From a virus (taxonomy: Duplodnaviria; Caudoviricetes), in IMG/VR virus record IMGVR_UViG_3300044499_000026, positions 1-42,977 of that record: a DNA stretch of 42,977 bases; one strand, written 5' to 3'. The stretch's first letter is position 1. The number at the start of each line of letters is the position of its first letter. The notes under the pieces are model-generated. The model was not told the origin of the DNA and did no database searches. It was given only the letters and a program-made list of their open reading frames with translations. The translations under genes and the position numbers were made by a program. Shown one piece after another: positions 24,395-33,409 of this stretch.

Positions 24395-24706
24395 TTAGTC
24401 CTGCACCGTCTTTTTCAGATACTCGCGCACGAATTCTACCAAATCTGCCCGCAACACGTACCGATGACCGATACTATCGTTGACATAATGCAGCTTCCCT
24501 TGTTCGAGATAATAATGAACCTGCCCACGATTCATATTGAGTAGCACCGCGATCGCAACAGGGCTGAAGGTAGGAAAGTCTGGCACGATCAGCACCAGTT
24601 CCTCAGCCACAGGCGGCATGGGAACCTCCTTCGACGTCGGCGGGACTGGCGGCGTGGGATCGCGTTCTCTGCCTACCCAGCCCTTGCGCCGTGGGTTCCA
24701 GCTCAT
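24395..24706 (-). CDS. Excisionase/MerR-type HTH DNA-binding protein
   Basis: FSPVAIAVLLNMNRGQVHYYLEQGKL...GHRYVLRADLVEF; the true start may be 24619. Confidence 0.65.
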   Translation of the reverse strand: MSWNPRRKGWVGRERDPTPPVPPTSKEVPMPPVAEELVLIVPDFPTFSPVAIAVLLNMNRGQVHYYLEQGKLHYVNDSIGHRYVLRADLVEFVREYLKKTVQD

Positions 24707-25014
24707 GCATGTGTCCTACTCACTCGGAAGGTTTTCTATTTATACGGACGACGCATTTGCAGTGATTCAACGCTTTTGAGTATGTCGCCAAGCCGCGCGA
24801 AGCTTGATCGGCAGTCCTCGACACGCGCGCGCATGACTCTGACCGCTTGCTGTAGCTCCCTCCAGCATTCCTCTTGCTTCGTACTCTTTCTCGCCTTCAG
24901 TCGCGCCCAGAGCTTCTGATGGATTGAAGGTCTGCTAAATCAATTCCAACCGACAGCATCAAGCTCACGCAATAACCCAGTAGATATAATCCTATGTACA
25001 GTTTTTTCATCGCC

Positions 25015-26892
25015 TCATCTCCTCATCCATCCGCCACGCCTGGGCGTGCGCTGCGCGTCGGTGCGCCGCATCCAATTGGGCTTGGTCTCCTCGCGTGGAG
25101 GCGCCGGCGGCTCGGTCTTGGCGAGCGCGTCCAGATTAGGATTCAGGAGTGCCAAGGCCGCCATATTATAAACGGCGAGGTCCAAGCTTTCATTTCTCGC
25201 CCGGATCTTCTGATAATAATGCCCTTCGAGAATGCCGCGTTTATACTTCAGGCGTTTCTCTTCGCTGGCGAGCTGATAAAAGAACTCATCGTCGAACTCT
25301 GGCAGGTCCGGGAAATGAATATAGCCCGGCCCGAAGGTGTCGATCTTGAACCGCTCGAACAGCGTATCTTTCGCCGCGACGGTCCCGACCGAATACACGA
25401 ACCCTCTCCCGACTTTGCTCATACCAGGCCGGGGCGGCACTAGCGGGGCGCCCAGGATCGTGCTCCCCTGAATCGCGTAGATCCTCCCACCACGATAGCG
25501 TTTCACAAAATCATGGGTTTCTTTCGTGAAGTGCCCGCGCGTGTCGACTGTGACGGCTTCGACCCTGAGCGCGAGGCCGGACTGATGCGTGCGCCGCTCC
25601 TGCAGCCAAGCGGACAGGTCCTCCCACGGCTGGAGCTCGGTCGGGACGCCGTCGAACCGTCGATGGGCGATACACCAGGACTCCTCCCCCACCCCCCAGC
25701 CTTGCACGAGGGCTTCGAGCCAGTGGTCCTGGACGTCGATCGCCGCCGTCAGAACCAAGCAGCCGGTCGGACAGGTCGCCGGATAGGCCTCACGGCGTGC
25801 AAACAGGCCCTTCTGCTCGACGGTTTCGCCCTGATCCTGCCAGGTCTCCGCGAGTTTGGTGTTATTGAACTTCTTCAGGTAGCGTTTATCGCCGCTTTTG
25901 GCCTTGTGGGCGGCGAACACGAACTCCTTGGCCAGTGCCTCCCAACTGACCTTAATCCAGCCATACGGGGCGTACAGGCTCGAAATATGGTAGCTTTTGG
26001 TGGGATTGGTGGGATCGTCGTGGACCCACCGCCCCATGTCGAGCATAAACGTCTTGTGATGCTCGGCAATGAGTGCGTGGCACGACTCGCAGCGATAGGC
26101 CGCCCCGTGCGGGTCCTTCACGCCGTCGAAGGTAAACACGATCTGCCCCCAGCTGAGCGGTTGCATGATCAAACACAACGGGCACGGCACATGATAGCGG
26201 GCGCGGCTGCCAGCCTGATACGCGGGTTCGATCACGCTGGTCGTCGCATCGAGCGGCGTGGACATGCGCAGCGTTTTCGAGCGCGCAAAGGTCGCGAGCC
26301 GATTCTTCGCCAGCTCGGACGGTGGCCCTTCGCCGTCGACGTCGGCCGGATAGCCGTCCTCTTCGTCCAGCACGAGATACCGAGCCGACATGAAGCGCAG
26401 CCCCACCCCGCTGTTGGCCCCGGTCATGACGAGATCCCCGCCGGTAAATTCTTTCACCAGCATCGTGTTCCCGGAGTCACGTGACCGGGCTTCCTTCACG
26501 ATGCCTTGGAGGGCTGGCGTGATAGTCAACATCGGCTGGACGCGTTGGCGCGAAACTTTTTTCGCCACATCCACCGTGGGCTCGACAAACAAAATTGAGG
26601 CGGGCGCCCGTTTCATGATGTAGCCGCACCAATGCACGGCCGTCTGCGTGAGCCCGAGCTGCGACCCTTTCATGACGACGACTTCATCGGTGGGATCGCC
26701 GGGACTTAACTTTTCCATGATCTCCCGCAGAAACGGCGTGCGTGCTGTCCGCCAGCGCCCGGCTTCCGCATGCCGGCCCTGTGGCAGCTCGATGTTCTCG
26801 TCACACCAATCCGCAAGGGATTCGTCAGGATCAGGACGGAGGCCGTGACGAAAGATTGGCGTACAACGCTGGTCACGCTCGTGGACGGTCAT
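25015..26892 (-). CDS. terL: Terminase large subunit, lambda gpA family
   Basis: RTPFLREIM, KGSQLGLT, LVLDEED, STP, YHVPCPLC, IDVQD, RNESLD motifs. Confidence 0.97.
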   Translation of the reverse strand: MTVHERDQRCTPIFRHGLRPDPDESLADWCDENIELPQGRHAEAGRWRTARTPFLREIMEKLSPGDPTDEVVVMKGSQLGLTQTAVHWCGYIMKRAPASILFVEPTVDVAKKVSRQRVQPMLTITPALQGIVKEARSRDSGNTMLVKEFTGGDLVMTGANSGVGLRFMSARYLVLDEEDGYPADVDGEGPPSELAKNRLATFARSKTLRMSTPLDATTSVIEPAYQAGSRARYHVPCPLCLIMQPLSWGQIVFTFDGVKDPHGAAYRCESCHALIAEHHKTFMLDMGRWVHDDPTNPTKSYHISSLYAPYGWIKVSWEALAKEFVFAAHKAKSGDKRYLKKFNNTKLAETWQDQGETVEQKGLFARREAYPATCPTGCLVLTAAIDVQDHWLEALVQGWGVGEESWCIAHRRFDGVPTELQPWEDLSAWLQERRTHQSGLALRVEAVTVDTRGHFTKETHDFVKRYRGGRIYAIQGSTILGAPLVPPRPGMSKVGRGFVYSVGTVAAKDTLFERFKIDTFGPGYIHFPDLPEFDDEFFYQLASEEKRLKYKRGILEGHYYQKIRARNESLDLAVYNMAALALLNPNLDALAKTEPPAPPREETKPNWMRRTDAQRTPRRGGWMRR

Positions 26893-27341
26893 GAGTTGGT
26901 CTCCATCATCGCATCGCCAGACAACGCTTCCAAGGCTTGGCGGATCTCTGTCGTGAGTAACGTATGAATTTTATTTTGGTCCGTCTCGGAGGCCAGCACG
27001 GCGGCCAATCGATCCGGGAGGCGCATCAGCGTATCGCGCACAATGCGGGCGTTCCGAAATTCGTCCTTCTCCGCCTGTTCTTTATCGAGCACTGAGCCGA
27101 TGGCTTTGTCGTACTCCAGCTTCGCCATTTTGGCTTCATACTCCTGCTTCACCTGTTTCGACTTATTCGGCTTCTGCGCGGCCAATCGTTGACGGTGCAT
27201 GCGTTCGGTAGCGGCTTCGTCAATCATCGACCCGACCATCTTCACGCGCCCTTTCTTTTTCAGCGCGGTGACACGCGGACGCGAGACCCCAAGCCGTTTC
27301 GCGAGAGAGCTTGCAGAGCCTGATCGTGCCGGTTTCGCCAT
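26889..27341 (-). CDS. terS: Terminase small subunit (Nu1-like)
   Basis: N-terminal HTH, EAKMAKLEY...G, RDTLMRLPDRLA...EIRQALE; ATGA-coupled to terL. Confidence 0.88.
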   Translation of the reverse strand: MAKPARSGSASSLAKRLGVSRPRVTALKKKGRVKMVGSMIDEAATERMHRQRLAAQKPNKSKQVKQEYEAKMAKLEYDKAIGSVLDKEQAEKDEFRNARIVRDTLMRLPDRLAAVLASETDQNKIHTLLTTEIRQALEALSGDAMMETNS

Positions 27342-27370
27342 CTAAACAATTAACCCCCTAAGAAATTCCT

Positions 27371-27430
27371 GGCGGTAGCGCGTTATCGCGCTGCCGCGAC
27401 CCGCATCTCTCCACGGTGCCGGAAGTACCT
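27371..27430 (-). promoter_or_regulatory. Putative cos site (cosQ-like AGGTACT plus cosN-like ATGCGGGTCGCGGCAGCGCG)
   Basis: Immediately upstream of terS; layout resembles lambda GGGTCCT...TACG-GGGCGGCGACCT-CGCG; includes a 10/11 inverted repeat (27372-27397). Confidence 0.6.
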
Positions 27431-27440
27431 TGGAATTAAT

Positions 27441-27839
27441 TCATACATTTCCTTGTTGGTTTCTCTCGAATCGATTCTTTGCACCTTCCAGTTGATTCGT
27501 TACGTCGGTGAGCTGCTTGTCACGTTCAGCTTGTAGGTTGTAGTACAGCCCTCGCAGACTATCTCTGTCCGCCGTCACCTGCGCGAGCTGCTGTTCAGCG
27601 TGATCGGCCCGCGTCTTTTCGGCATACCAACTCCGCAAGGTGGCCTCCGCACCGGCTGGAAGTTCGGTCAGCAGCGCGGTCGCCTGCGCCAGTTGGGTAC
27701 GGAGGGCGGCGTAACAACCATCTATTTTGCGCTGATCGCCCAAGCAGGTATCACAAAACTCTTCACTGCGATTCAGGTTCGTCCAGGTATAACACGAAGC
27801 ACATTGCTTACACGCCTGTTCCCGCGTCACGTCGCTCAT
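27441..27839 (-). CDS. Hypothetical protein (two CxxC motifs plus coiled coil)
   Basis: Start re-called at 27839 (ATGA coupling, GGAGG RBS). Confidence 0.6.
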   Translation of the reverse strand: MSDVTREQACKQCASCYTWTNLNRSEEFCDTCLGDQRKIDGCYAALRTQLAQATALLTELPAGAEATLRSWYAEKTRADHAEQQLAQVTADRDSLRGLYYNLQAERDKQLTDVTNQLEGAKNRFERNQQGNV

Positions 27840-28063
27840 GGCTGCCCCTCCTCCTTCGGCGGCTCCAGCGGGCCAGCTTCGATCCAGTCTGAATGATTGA
27901 TACACCGCACAATGCTATGCAGGTGCCCAAACTCATCGCGCACGGTAAACCGCAGGCCGATGTTCTGACACTCTTGAATACCATCCTCTAAAATATCGGC
28001 GTAGCCGCAGCGGCCACCGATCAGCATCTCCGGCTGCGTGGGCTTCGTGGGGGTCCAGGTCAT
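27836..28063 (-). CDS. Hypothetical phage protein
   Basis: MTWTPTKPTQP...WIEAGPLEPP pattern; coupled on both sides. Confidence 0.65.
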   Translation of the reverse strand: MTWTPTKPTQPEMLIGGRCGYADILEDGIQECQNIGLRFTVRDEFGHLHSIVRCINHSDWIEAGPLEPPKEEGQP

Positions 28064-28242
28064 GGCTGTATTTCTCGAATTTCAACCACCTTGGCCCCTT
28101 TGCGTATATAGCTCTCATCGCCTAGCAACCGTTCAGCCAACTGTTGAACGGTTTCATCACCGTTGAGATCATAGGCGATACAGGCATCAGCCGCATGATC
28201 GCCTCGATAATCAGTCGTTCTAAGCAGAATTGATAACTTCAT
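28060..28242 (-). CDS. Hypothetical protein
   Basis: ATGA overlaps on both sides. Confidence 0.6.
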   Translation of the reverse strand: MKLSILLRTTDYRGDHAADACIAYDLNGDETVQQLAERLLGDESYIRKGAKVVEIREIQP

Positions 28243-28577
28243 CCCCCACCTCTCCGGCTGGCCGCCTGGGCGCGAATATCAGAGGCAATGGCATCACCCG
28301 CATTTTCATGATCTATATTGAAATCTCCTGCGCGATACGCCGCATATTTTGCTCGGCGGTCATACTTATTTTCCGCGATGACCGCCGCTTCCTCCAGCCC
28401 CCGCTGCTCGGCCTCGCGCAGGGCGGCGGCGATGAGCGTTTCTATACGAGCAGATGTGCCGTAGGGCAAGAGCGGCAAGGGCTGTAGAATCTGAAACGTC
28501 ACCGCTCGCGCCCGGCTCTCAGCATTGTCAGTCATAGTATCTCCTTTTGGCACAACCCGCACCCATCGACCGCTCAT
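28239..28577 (-). CDS. Hypothetical phage protein
   Basis: RGLEEAAVIAE...IASDIRA motif common in phage early regions; the start could be the internal Met (MTDNAES). Confidence 0.6.
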   Translation of the reverse strand: MSGRWVRVVPKGDTMTDNAESRARAVTFQILQPLPLLPYGTSARIETLIAAALREAEQRGLEEAAVIAENKYDRRAKYAAYRAGDFNIDHENAGDAIASDIRAQAASRRGGG

Positions 28578-28688
28578 CCCTTCACCCCCAGCGTGGCGAG
28601 GAGGGCCTGGGCATCATCAAACCACCATGATTCACATATAGGCTCGTTAATGTATCGCTCACGCCCCCATCACCCTTGGTCCGTTCGC

Positions 28689-29393
28689 TCATGTCGCCGG
28701 TTCCTCTCGGAGGGTGTCGAGGGTCTCCTCCTCCAACGGGGGGAGCTTATCTTGAAAGAGTTTCTTCAAACCTACCGAGAGCCGCGTGAGTCCCTTCCCT
28801 GACTTATCCCCAGATTTATCCCCTTTTGGTGGTGACACCAAGATCTTAGTCTTCTCTTCTGGGATTGGGATTGGGATTGGGATTGGGATTGGGGTTGAAA
28901 TCCGTTGAACGATCGTTGCCCCTCTGCTTGGATTTCGCTTGCCCCTCTGCTTGGATTGTGCTTGAGCATCTGGTTGAGCGGATGCTGTAGCGCGTGCTTG
29001 AGCAGATGCTCGACCACCTGCTTGACCACTTTGCCGTTTCTTTTCCATTAGTTCACTCACTTGCTGGCGTGATAGTTGATAGTCCAGATAGTCATGGATC
29101 AGGTATCCACCCTTGAAAACCTTCCATCTTTTCGCCTGTAGGAGCTCAGAAATGAGTGTGGACACGCTCACAGATTTACGTTGTCCACAGGGAGCTATCG
29201 GGTCCTCCTCTTCCTTCGTGTACTGGGTGAGATCGAACGATAACAGCGACGTCGCGGCCTGCGGAATGAATCCATCGGTCAGGTGAGTCGCCGCATATAT
29301 GAGCGATCGAATGAAGAGAAGTTGTGCCAGCGGAGACGTGGAAATCGTCTTGCGATGAGTCAGAAAGTCCAGGTCAATATTAATCCGTGGCAT
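28689..29393 (-). CDS. Phage replication initiator / replisome organizer
   Basis: IDLDFLTHRK...TDGFIP...GYLIHDYLDYQ N-domain; GQAGGRAS and (PI)n linker; contains iterons. Confidence 0.8.
   Translation of the reverse strand: MPRINIDLDFLTHRKTISTSPLAQLLFIRSLIYAATHLTDGFIPQAATSLLSFDLTQYTKEEEDPIAPCGQRKSVSVSTLISELLQAKRWKVFKGGYLIHDYLDYQLSRQQVSELMEKKRQSGQAGGRASAQARATASAQPDAQAQSKQRGKRNPSRGATIVQRISTPIPIPIPIPIPEEKTKILVSPPKGDKSGDKSGKGLTRLSVGLKKLFQDKLPPLEEETLDTLREEPAT
28916..29028. repeat. Iteron-like array, putative replication origin
   Basis: TTGCCCCTCTGCTTGGATT twice (28916, 28939), then six TGCTTGAGCA-like units at 12-bp spacing (28959, 28971, 28983, 28995, 29007, 29019). Confidence 0.65.
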
Positions 29394-29419
29394 TGTCTAT
29401 TTCTCCTTCAACGATTCCG

Positions 29420-29899
29420 TCATCCCCTCCACCCCTCCAGAATGTCCTTCGCACCTTGCAGAGTGGCAAGATCATCCGTCAGCTTATTGATAAAACTATT
29501 CAGGACCGTCACGGCGTTACCATTCAGATCTACACTGCTGGCTGGTGTGCTGTTGACAATCCTCGGCTCGGACAGCGTAATCGAGGCGTGTATTCGTTTC
29601 GCTGGGAGTTGAGCGGGCTTGGCTGGCTTCCCCTTAGGATGCAGGCGTGCATAGTTCTCGTTCGCACGTTTCTGTTGGTCCCGATGCCGCACGCACTTCA
29701 CACTGTCGGGCGCTTTCGGTTCCGCGCAGTTCGGATTGTTGCAATGCTCGTTCATCATCGGCTCCTTTGTGGTCAATATCTTGGTCAACCGTTTGTCTAG
29801 CTCGTCATCCGTCTCGCCTTCCTCAAGCGGATGCGCGTGACATCGCTTGGTCAGCGTGAGCTTCTTACATGTCGGATACTCACAAACTTGCAGCGCCAT
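29420..29899 (-). CDS. Hypothetical protein with two C-x4-C...C-x2-H zinc-finger-like motifs
   Basis: CEYPTC...CHAH and CNNPNC...CVRH; TAATG coupling. Confidence 0.65.
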   Translation of the reverse strand: MALQVCEYPTCKKLTLTKRCHAHPLEEGETDDELDKRLTKILTTKEPMMNEHCNNPNCAEPKAPDSVKCVRHRDQQKRANENYARLHPKGKPAKPAQLPAKRIHASITLSEPRIVNSTPASSVDLNGNAVTVLNSFINKLTDDLATLQGAKDILEGWRG

Positions 29900-30153
29900 T
29901 AGAACGGCTGCCCTTCCTTCGCGGCATAGCGTTTCGCTTCATCGAGCGGCATCAGCAAGATGTCCAGCGACTCCTTGTGCGTATGGATGATGATCGTGGG
30001 CATCGACGCCGGCGGCAGACTCCCAAAGATATCGATTTCGCCGTTGATGATCGTCACCTTCGTAAGGCCCGCCTTCCACATGATCAGCGCCGCGATCTTA
30101 TGCCAATGCTCCCGGACTTCTTGCGTCACGGGATGGTGGGGATTCATTTCCAT
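29899..30153 (-). CDS. Conserved-type hypothetical phage protein
   Basis: MEMNPHHPVTQEVREHWHKIAALIMWK; GGAG RBS. Confidence 0.7.
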   Translation of the reverse strand: MEMNPHHPVTQEVREHWHKIAALIMWKAGLTKVTIINGEIDIFGSLPPASMPTIIIHTHKESLDILLMPLDEAKRYAAKEGQPF

Positions 30154-30203
30154 ATTAATAGACTCCCTGGCACGCTTCGAGAAGGCCGTTCTGTTCTGGC
30201 GTT

Positions 30204-30449
30204 TTAGTCCGCATACGGCAACCGATCATGAACCGGCTTGGCTGTATCCCGTGCCGCCACCTGGGCCCGCACCGCTTCGATCGCCTTCCGACAGGCTGCG
30301 CGATGAGAGGGTCCGCCTTTGCTGGACCGATTGAAATGATTGACCGCCTCCTGGAGCGGCCGCGGGACCATCGACCAATGCGTGGAACACATCAGCGCCC
30401 AGGATTGCATGCCGGCCAGACAGCCGGTGAGGGGGCAGGGTTTACTCAT
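30204..30449 (-). CDS. Small Cys/His-rich phage protein
   Basis: CPLTGC...LMCSTHWSMVP pattern; start re-called at 30449 (ATGA). Confidence 0.65.
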   Translation of the reverse strand: MSKPCPLTGCLAGMQSWALMCSTHWSMVPRPLQEAVNHFNRSSKGGPSHRAACRKAIEAVRAQVAARDTAKPVHDRLPYAD

Positions 30450-31138
30450 GGCCGCACCGTGCGAAATAAGAGCACCCAGACCCACGGGTTCTCGATCCAG
30501 GCATCTTCTGATTTTTGAATGTTGCACCAACTCCACCGAAAGGCATCCTTATACGTCGGATACGATTCATCCGAGATCACGCCCTCGGCTCTCGCGTCCA
30601 CCTCGCTGATGTCATTCAACCGTTCCACTCGGACCTCGACAATCTCCAGCCAGAGCCGAGCGGCCCACTTCGGCATGAATAGCGGTGAGCGCCACGGTGC
30701 GCCATTACCTCCACACTCACATTCGCTGAATTGTTGACAGCATGTGCCATCACGTCGATAGACCAACATTCCATCGTCCAGATCAGGTTTCGTTTTGGGC
30801 AACGGCCCTTTGAAATAATCGAAATGATCAATGTAGATGGACTCCTTCACGTAGAGCCGATCGCCGACCGTGCCGAAGGGACAGCGTGGACTGACAAAAC
30901 CACCCGCCTTGCTGGTAAACGGGAAAATTTTCCACTTCAATCGTTCCGCATGGTTGGCGAGCTTCGTCTGATCTGGGTGATGGTCATGACACGCAGCGGC
31001 AAGGCGGCGCGACCACTCGAGGAGTGGGCGCGGCTCCCCATTGGGTTGCGGCGTGAGAATCCGGCGCGTCTGGGTCTTCGTGCCAGCCTCGCACTTCCCG
31101 TAGTTCGCTGGCGTCATCAGTATGGGCGTCTCTTTCAC
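30446..31138 (-). CDS. ASCH-like phage protein
   Basis: PIL...GTKTQTRR...CPFG..GDRLYVKE...WRSPLFMPKWAARLWLEI..VRVERL..ISE.DA.AEG...NPWVWV. Confidence 0.85.
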   Translation of the reverse strand: MKETPILMTPANYGKCEAGTKTQTRRILTPQPNGEPRPLLEWSRRLAAACHDHHPDQTKLANHAERLKWKIFPFTSKAGGFVSPRCPFGTVGDRLYVKESIYIDHFDYFKGPLPKTKPDLDDGMLVYRRDGTCCQQFSECECGGNGAPWRSPLFMPKWAARLWLEIVEVRVERLNDISEVDARAEGVISDESYPTYKDAFRWSWCNIQKSEDAWIENPWVWVLLFRTVRP

Positions 31139-31398
31139 AGTTTCCCCTTCTTGCTAAACATCGCGGCCTTCGCGCAGGTAGAAAAGTGACTCACGAACGC
31201 GTTGCCTTCTGGACTGCCTGGTTGATCGAGCAGATGGGGCTCGACACGGAGAGCGATCACGTTGCCGTCCAAGTCTCGTGCGGCCCAGTAGACAGGGGCT
31301 CGCGTATCCAACGGAATCAAGCCGCCGCCTGGCATGATGGCGAACACGATCGGCTTCCCGCAGCCTTTGCACGGCGTCGTGGGGAGTGGATGTTTCAT
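31135..31398 (-). CDS. Zinc-binding hypothetical phage protein
   Basis: CKGCGKPIVF...IPLD...SHFSTC pattern. Confidence 0.75.
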   Translation of the reverse strand: MKHPLPTTPCKGCGKPIVFAIMPGGGLIPLDTRAPVYWAARDLDGNVIALRVEPHLLDQPGSPEGNAFVSHFSTCAKAAMFSKKGKL

Positions 31399-31577
31399 TC
31401 CTGTTCACCCACAGTTTCCACCGCCAGCGCCCCACACGTCAGGCAATACCGGAGGCGCAAGGAGGGCACCCACTTGAGGTGCCCATCGTATCTATCTGTT
31501 GGCCCAACGGCGAGGCTACCAAGTCGACCACTCATCCGTCCGCGACACACCCGGCAATAGAGGACAGGATCGGTCAT
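31395..31577 (-). CDS. Small zinc-ribbon protein
   Basis: CRVC and CLTC motifs; GGAG RBS; coupled stop. Confidence 0.6.
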   Translation of the reverse strand: MTDPVLYCRVCRGRMSGRLGSLAVGPTDRYDGHLKWVPSLRLRYCLTCGALAVETVGEQE

Positions 31578-31609
31578 GCCCGCAACTCCCTCTCCGCTTC
31601 GGCCAGCAC

Positions 31610-33409
31610 TTAGTTCAAGAACAACACCGGCTGTGCCACGACCAGCCCAGGGCTGGGATAATCAATCAGTTTCAATGACCGCAGCCGGCCCAGATTGTTA
31701 AAATAGCCGCCTGACGTGGGACGTTGCCCAGATTGCTCAGCCAGGATCTCTTTGCTGATCGGATGGGGGTAGCATTCGATCAAGGATTTCAGAATGCAAC
31801 TCTGGGCCGTGGGTAACTTGCCATAGAGCATCTGATGCAACGCTTCGCTCGTCGTGGGGACGTCCACCGGTTCCGCCTGGGCGCGCCCAATAGCGGTCAG
31901 GCTCACCGTACCAGCCTTGGGGTACGCGATCAGACCCGCTGACCGGAGTGATCCCAAATTATTGAAATATCCCCCGCTTGTGGGGCGCGCATCACTCATA
32001 ATGGCCAGTTGCGTCTTGTCCATCTCGGCCAGGCCGATCCCTTCGGCCCACACCAACGCGTTCAGAATGCGCTGCCGGGATCGGCTCAGATCCACATGGC
32101 CGTCAATCGTCGATATCGTTGTGCGAATCTGTGGTACCGGACGTTTAATTATATCGTCAAGATGATGGCTCACCGCACTGGCTAGATTGGCGCGAGTGCG
32201 TAGCGCAGGAGCAGGTTGTTGTGCTGACGACACCGATTTGATCGCCTTCAATAGCGAGTCCGCCACCTGATTCAGGTTACTCCAAAAGATCGACACGGCA
32301 TGGCCGTGTCGTTCGGCTTCCCGCGCCAGCTTGGTGCAGAAGGTGTCGAGTTGGGCCAGCTGCTTGCCTTTGAAGACTGGGACTTCTTTGATCTGCACCT
32401 CGGCCTTCGGTGTCGCTACAGTGTGGGCCTGTTGCAGCTCGCGCTGTAATTCCGCAATCTTTCGCCTGAGTTCTTTTGGGTCCTCCGCCTTAGCCTTCTC
32501 GATCGTGGCAGACATTTGCATTTTGAGCGCGTCGAGATCCACATCGGCCACCTGCTTTGGCGCGACTGGTTTCATGCCTGGCTTTGGGGTGGCCCCTGAA
32601 TCGAAGGTCTCAATCGGTAGGATATGCACACGCTTGAAAATACCGTCCGTCGTCGGCCAGCCAGGAGACCAGAACCAGGCATCTCCGATCGGCAGTGATG
32701 GCAGCGACGCCATCAGTGTTTTGCATTGCGCTTGAGTACCGTGCACATCGATCCAGGCTTTCATCGCCGAGAGGTCTTGAGGCGCGATCGTGCGCAGCGC
32801 AACTAAGACTTGCGCTTGCGTGAGCACATTTTTATTCAACACGGCAGAACGCTGGGACACCAGTACGCATCCGATGCCGCGTTGTCCCCCTCGTCGGACA
32901 ATATCCTCAGCCGCGCCAAGCATCCGTTCTTCTCCATGCTGCGGCTTCTGTGGCGCGATCGCATCAGCTTCGTCAATCACCAGCATCATGGGCGTGCGGT
33001 AGATCTCGCGCGCCTTGAGTCGATAGAGATTCTCCAGGAAGGCCGTCATGAAGGTCGCGACTTCACTCTTCCGGAACGGCGACAGATCCAGCAAGACACT
33101 GACGCGCTCCTCGACGACGAGCTTGGCTACCACTTCACCACTATTCGGCTCCAATCGCACATCGCCGCGCTCGCCACCCAAAATCACGATCGACAGACCG
33201 GGTGCTTTCCCGTCCGCTGCGGACCGGATCCCCCATTGATCGCCTTTTGGATCCACCATCACGATTTGCTGACCAGCCTTGAAAAGTTGTTCAATGAGTC
33301 GCCGCATCGTATAGCTCTTCCCAGCGCGACGTTTCGCGAGGATCGCAATGGTCTGGGTCACCACGTCGAGCGGCAACGACAGATTGTCAGCGAGTCGCAG
33401 CTTAGTCAT
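31610..33409 (-). CDS. HerA/FtsK-like (DUF87) P-loop ATPase with duplicated C-terminal winged-helix-like domains
   Basis: Walker A AKRRAGKS, DPKG, Walker B LVIDEAD, RRGGQRG, SQR; RPTSGGYFNNLGxLRS twice. Confidence 0.88.
   Translation of the reverse strand: MTKLRLADNLSLPLDVVTQTIAILAKRRAGKSYTMRRLIEQLFKAGQQIVMVDPKGDQWGIRSAADGKAPGLSIVILGGERGDVRLEPNSGEVVAKLVVEERVSVLLDLSPFRKSEVATFMTAFLENLYRLKAREIYRTPMMLVIDEADAIAPQKPQHGEERMLGAAEDIVRRGGQRGIGCVLVSQRSAVLNKNVLTQAQVLVALRTIAPQDLSAMKAWIDVHGTQAQCKTLMASLPSLPIGDAWFWSPGWPTTDGIFKRVHILPIETFDSGATPKPGMKPVAPKQVADVDLDALKMQMSATIEKAKAEDPKELRRKIAELQRELQQAHTVATPKAEVQIKEVPVFKGKQLAQLDTFCTKLAREAERHGHAVSIFWSNLNQVADSLLKAIKSVSSAQQPAPALRTRANLASAVSHHLDDIIKRPVPQIRTTISTIDGHVDLSRSRQRILNALVWAEGIGLAEMDKTQLAIMSDARPTSGGYFNNLGSLRSAGLIAYPKAGTVSLTAIGRAQAEPVDVPTTSEALHQMLYGKLPTAQSCILKSLIECYPHPISKEILAEQSGQRPTSGGYFNNLGRLRSLKLIDYPSPGLVVAQPVLFLN

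Noticed and set aside
28861-28890. (GGGATT)5 tandem repeat as a phase-variation tract
   Set aside because: The 6-bp unit keeps the frame and encodes the (PI)n linker typical of phage replication initiators.
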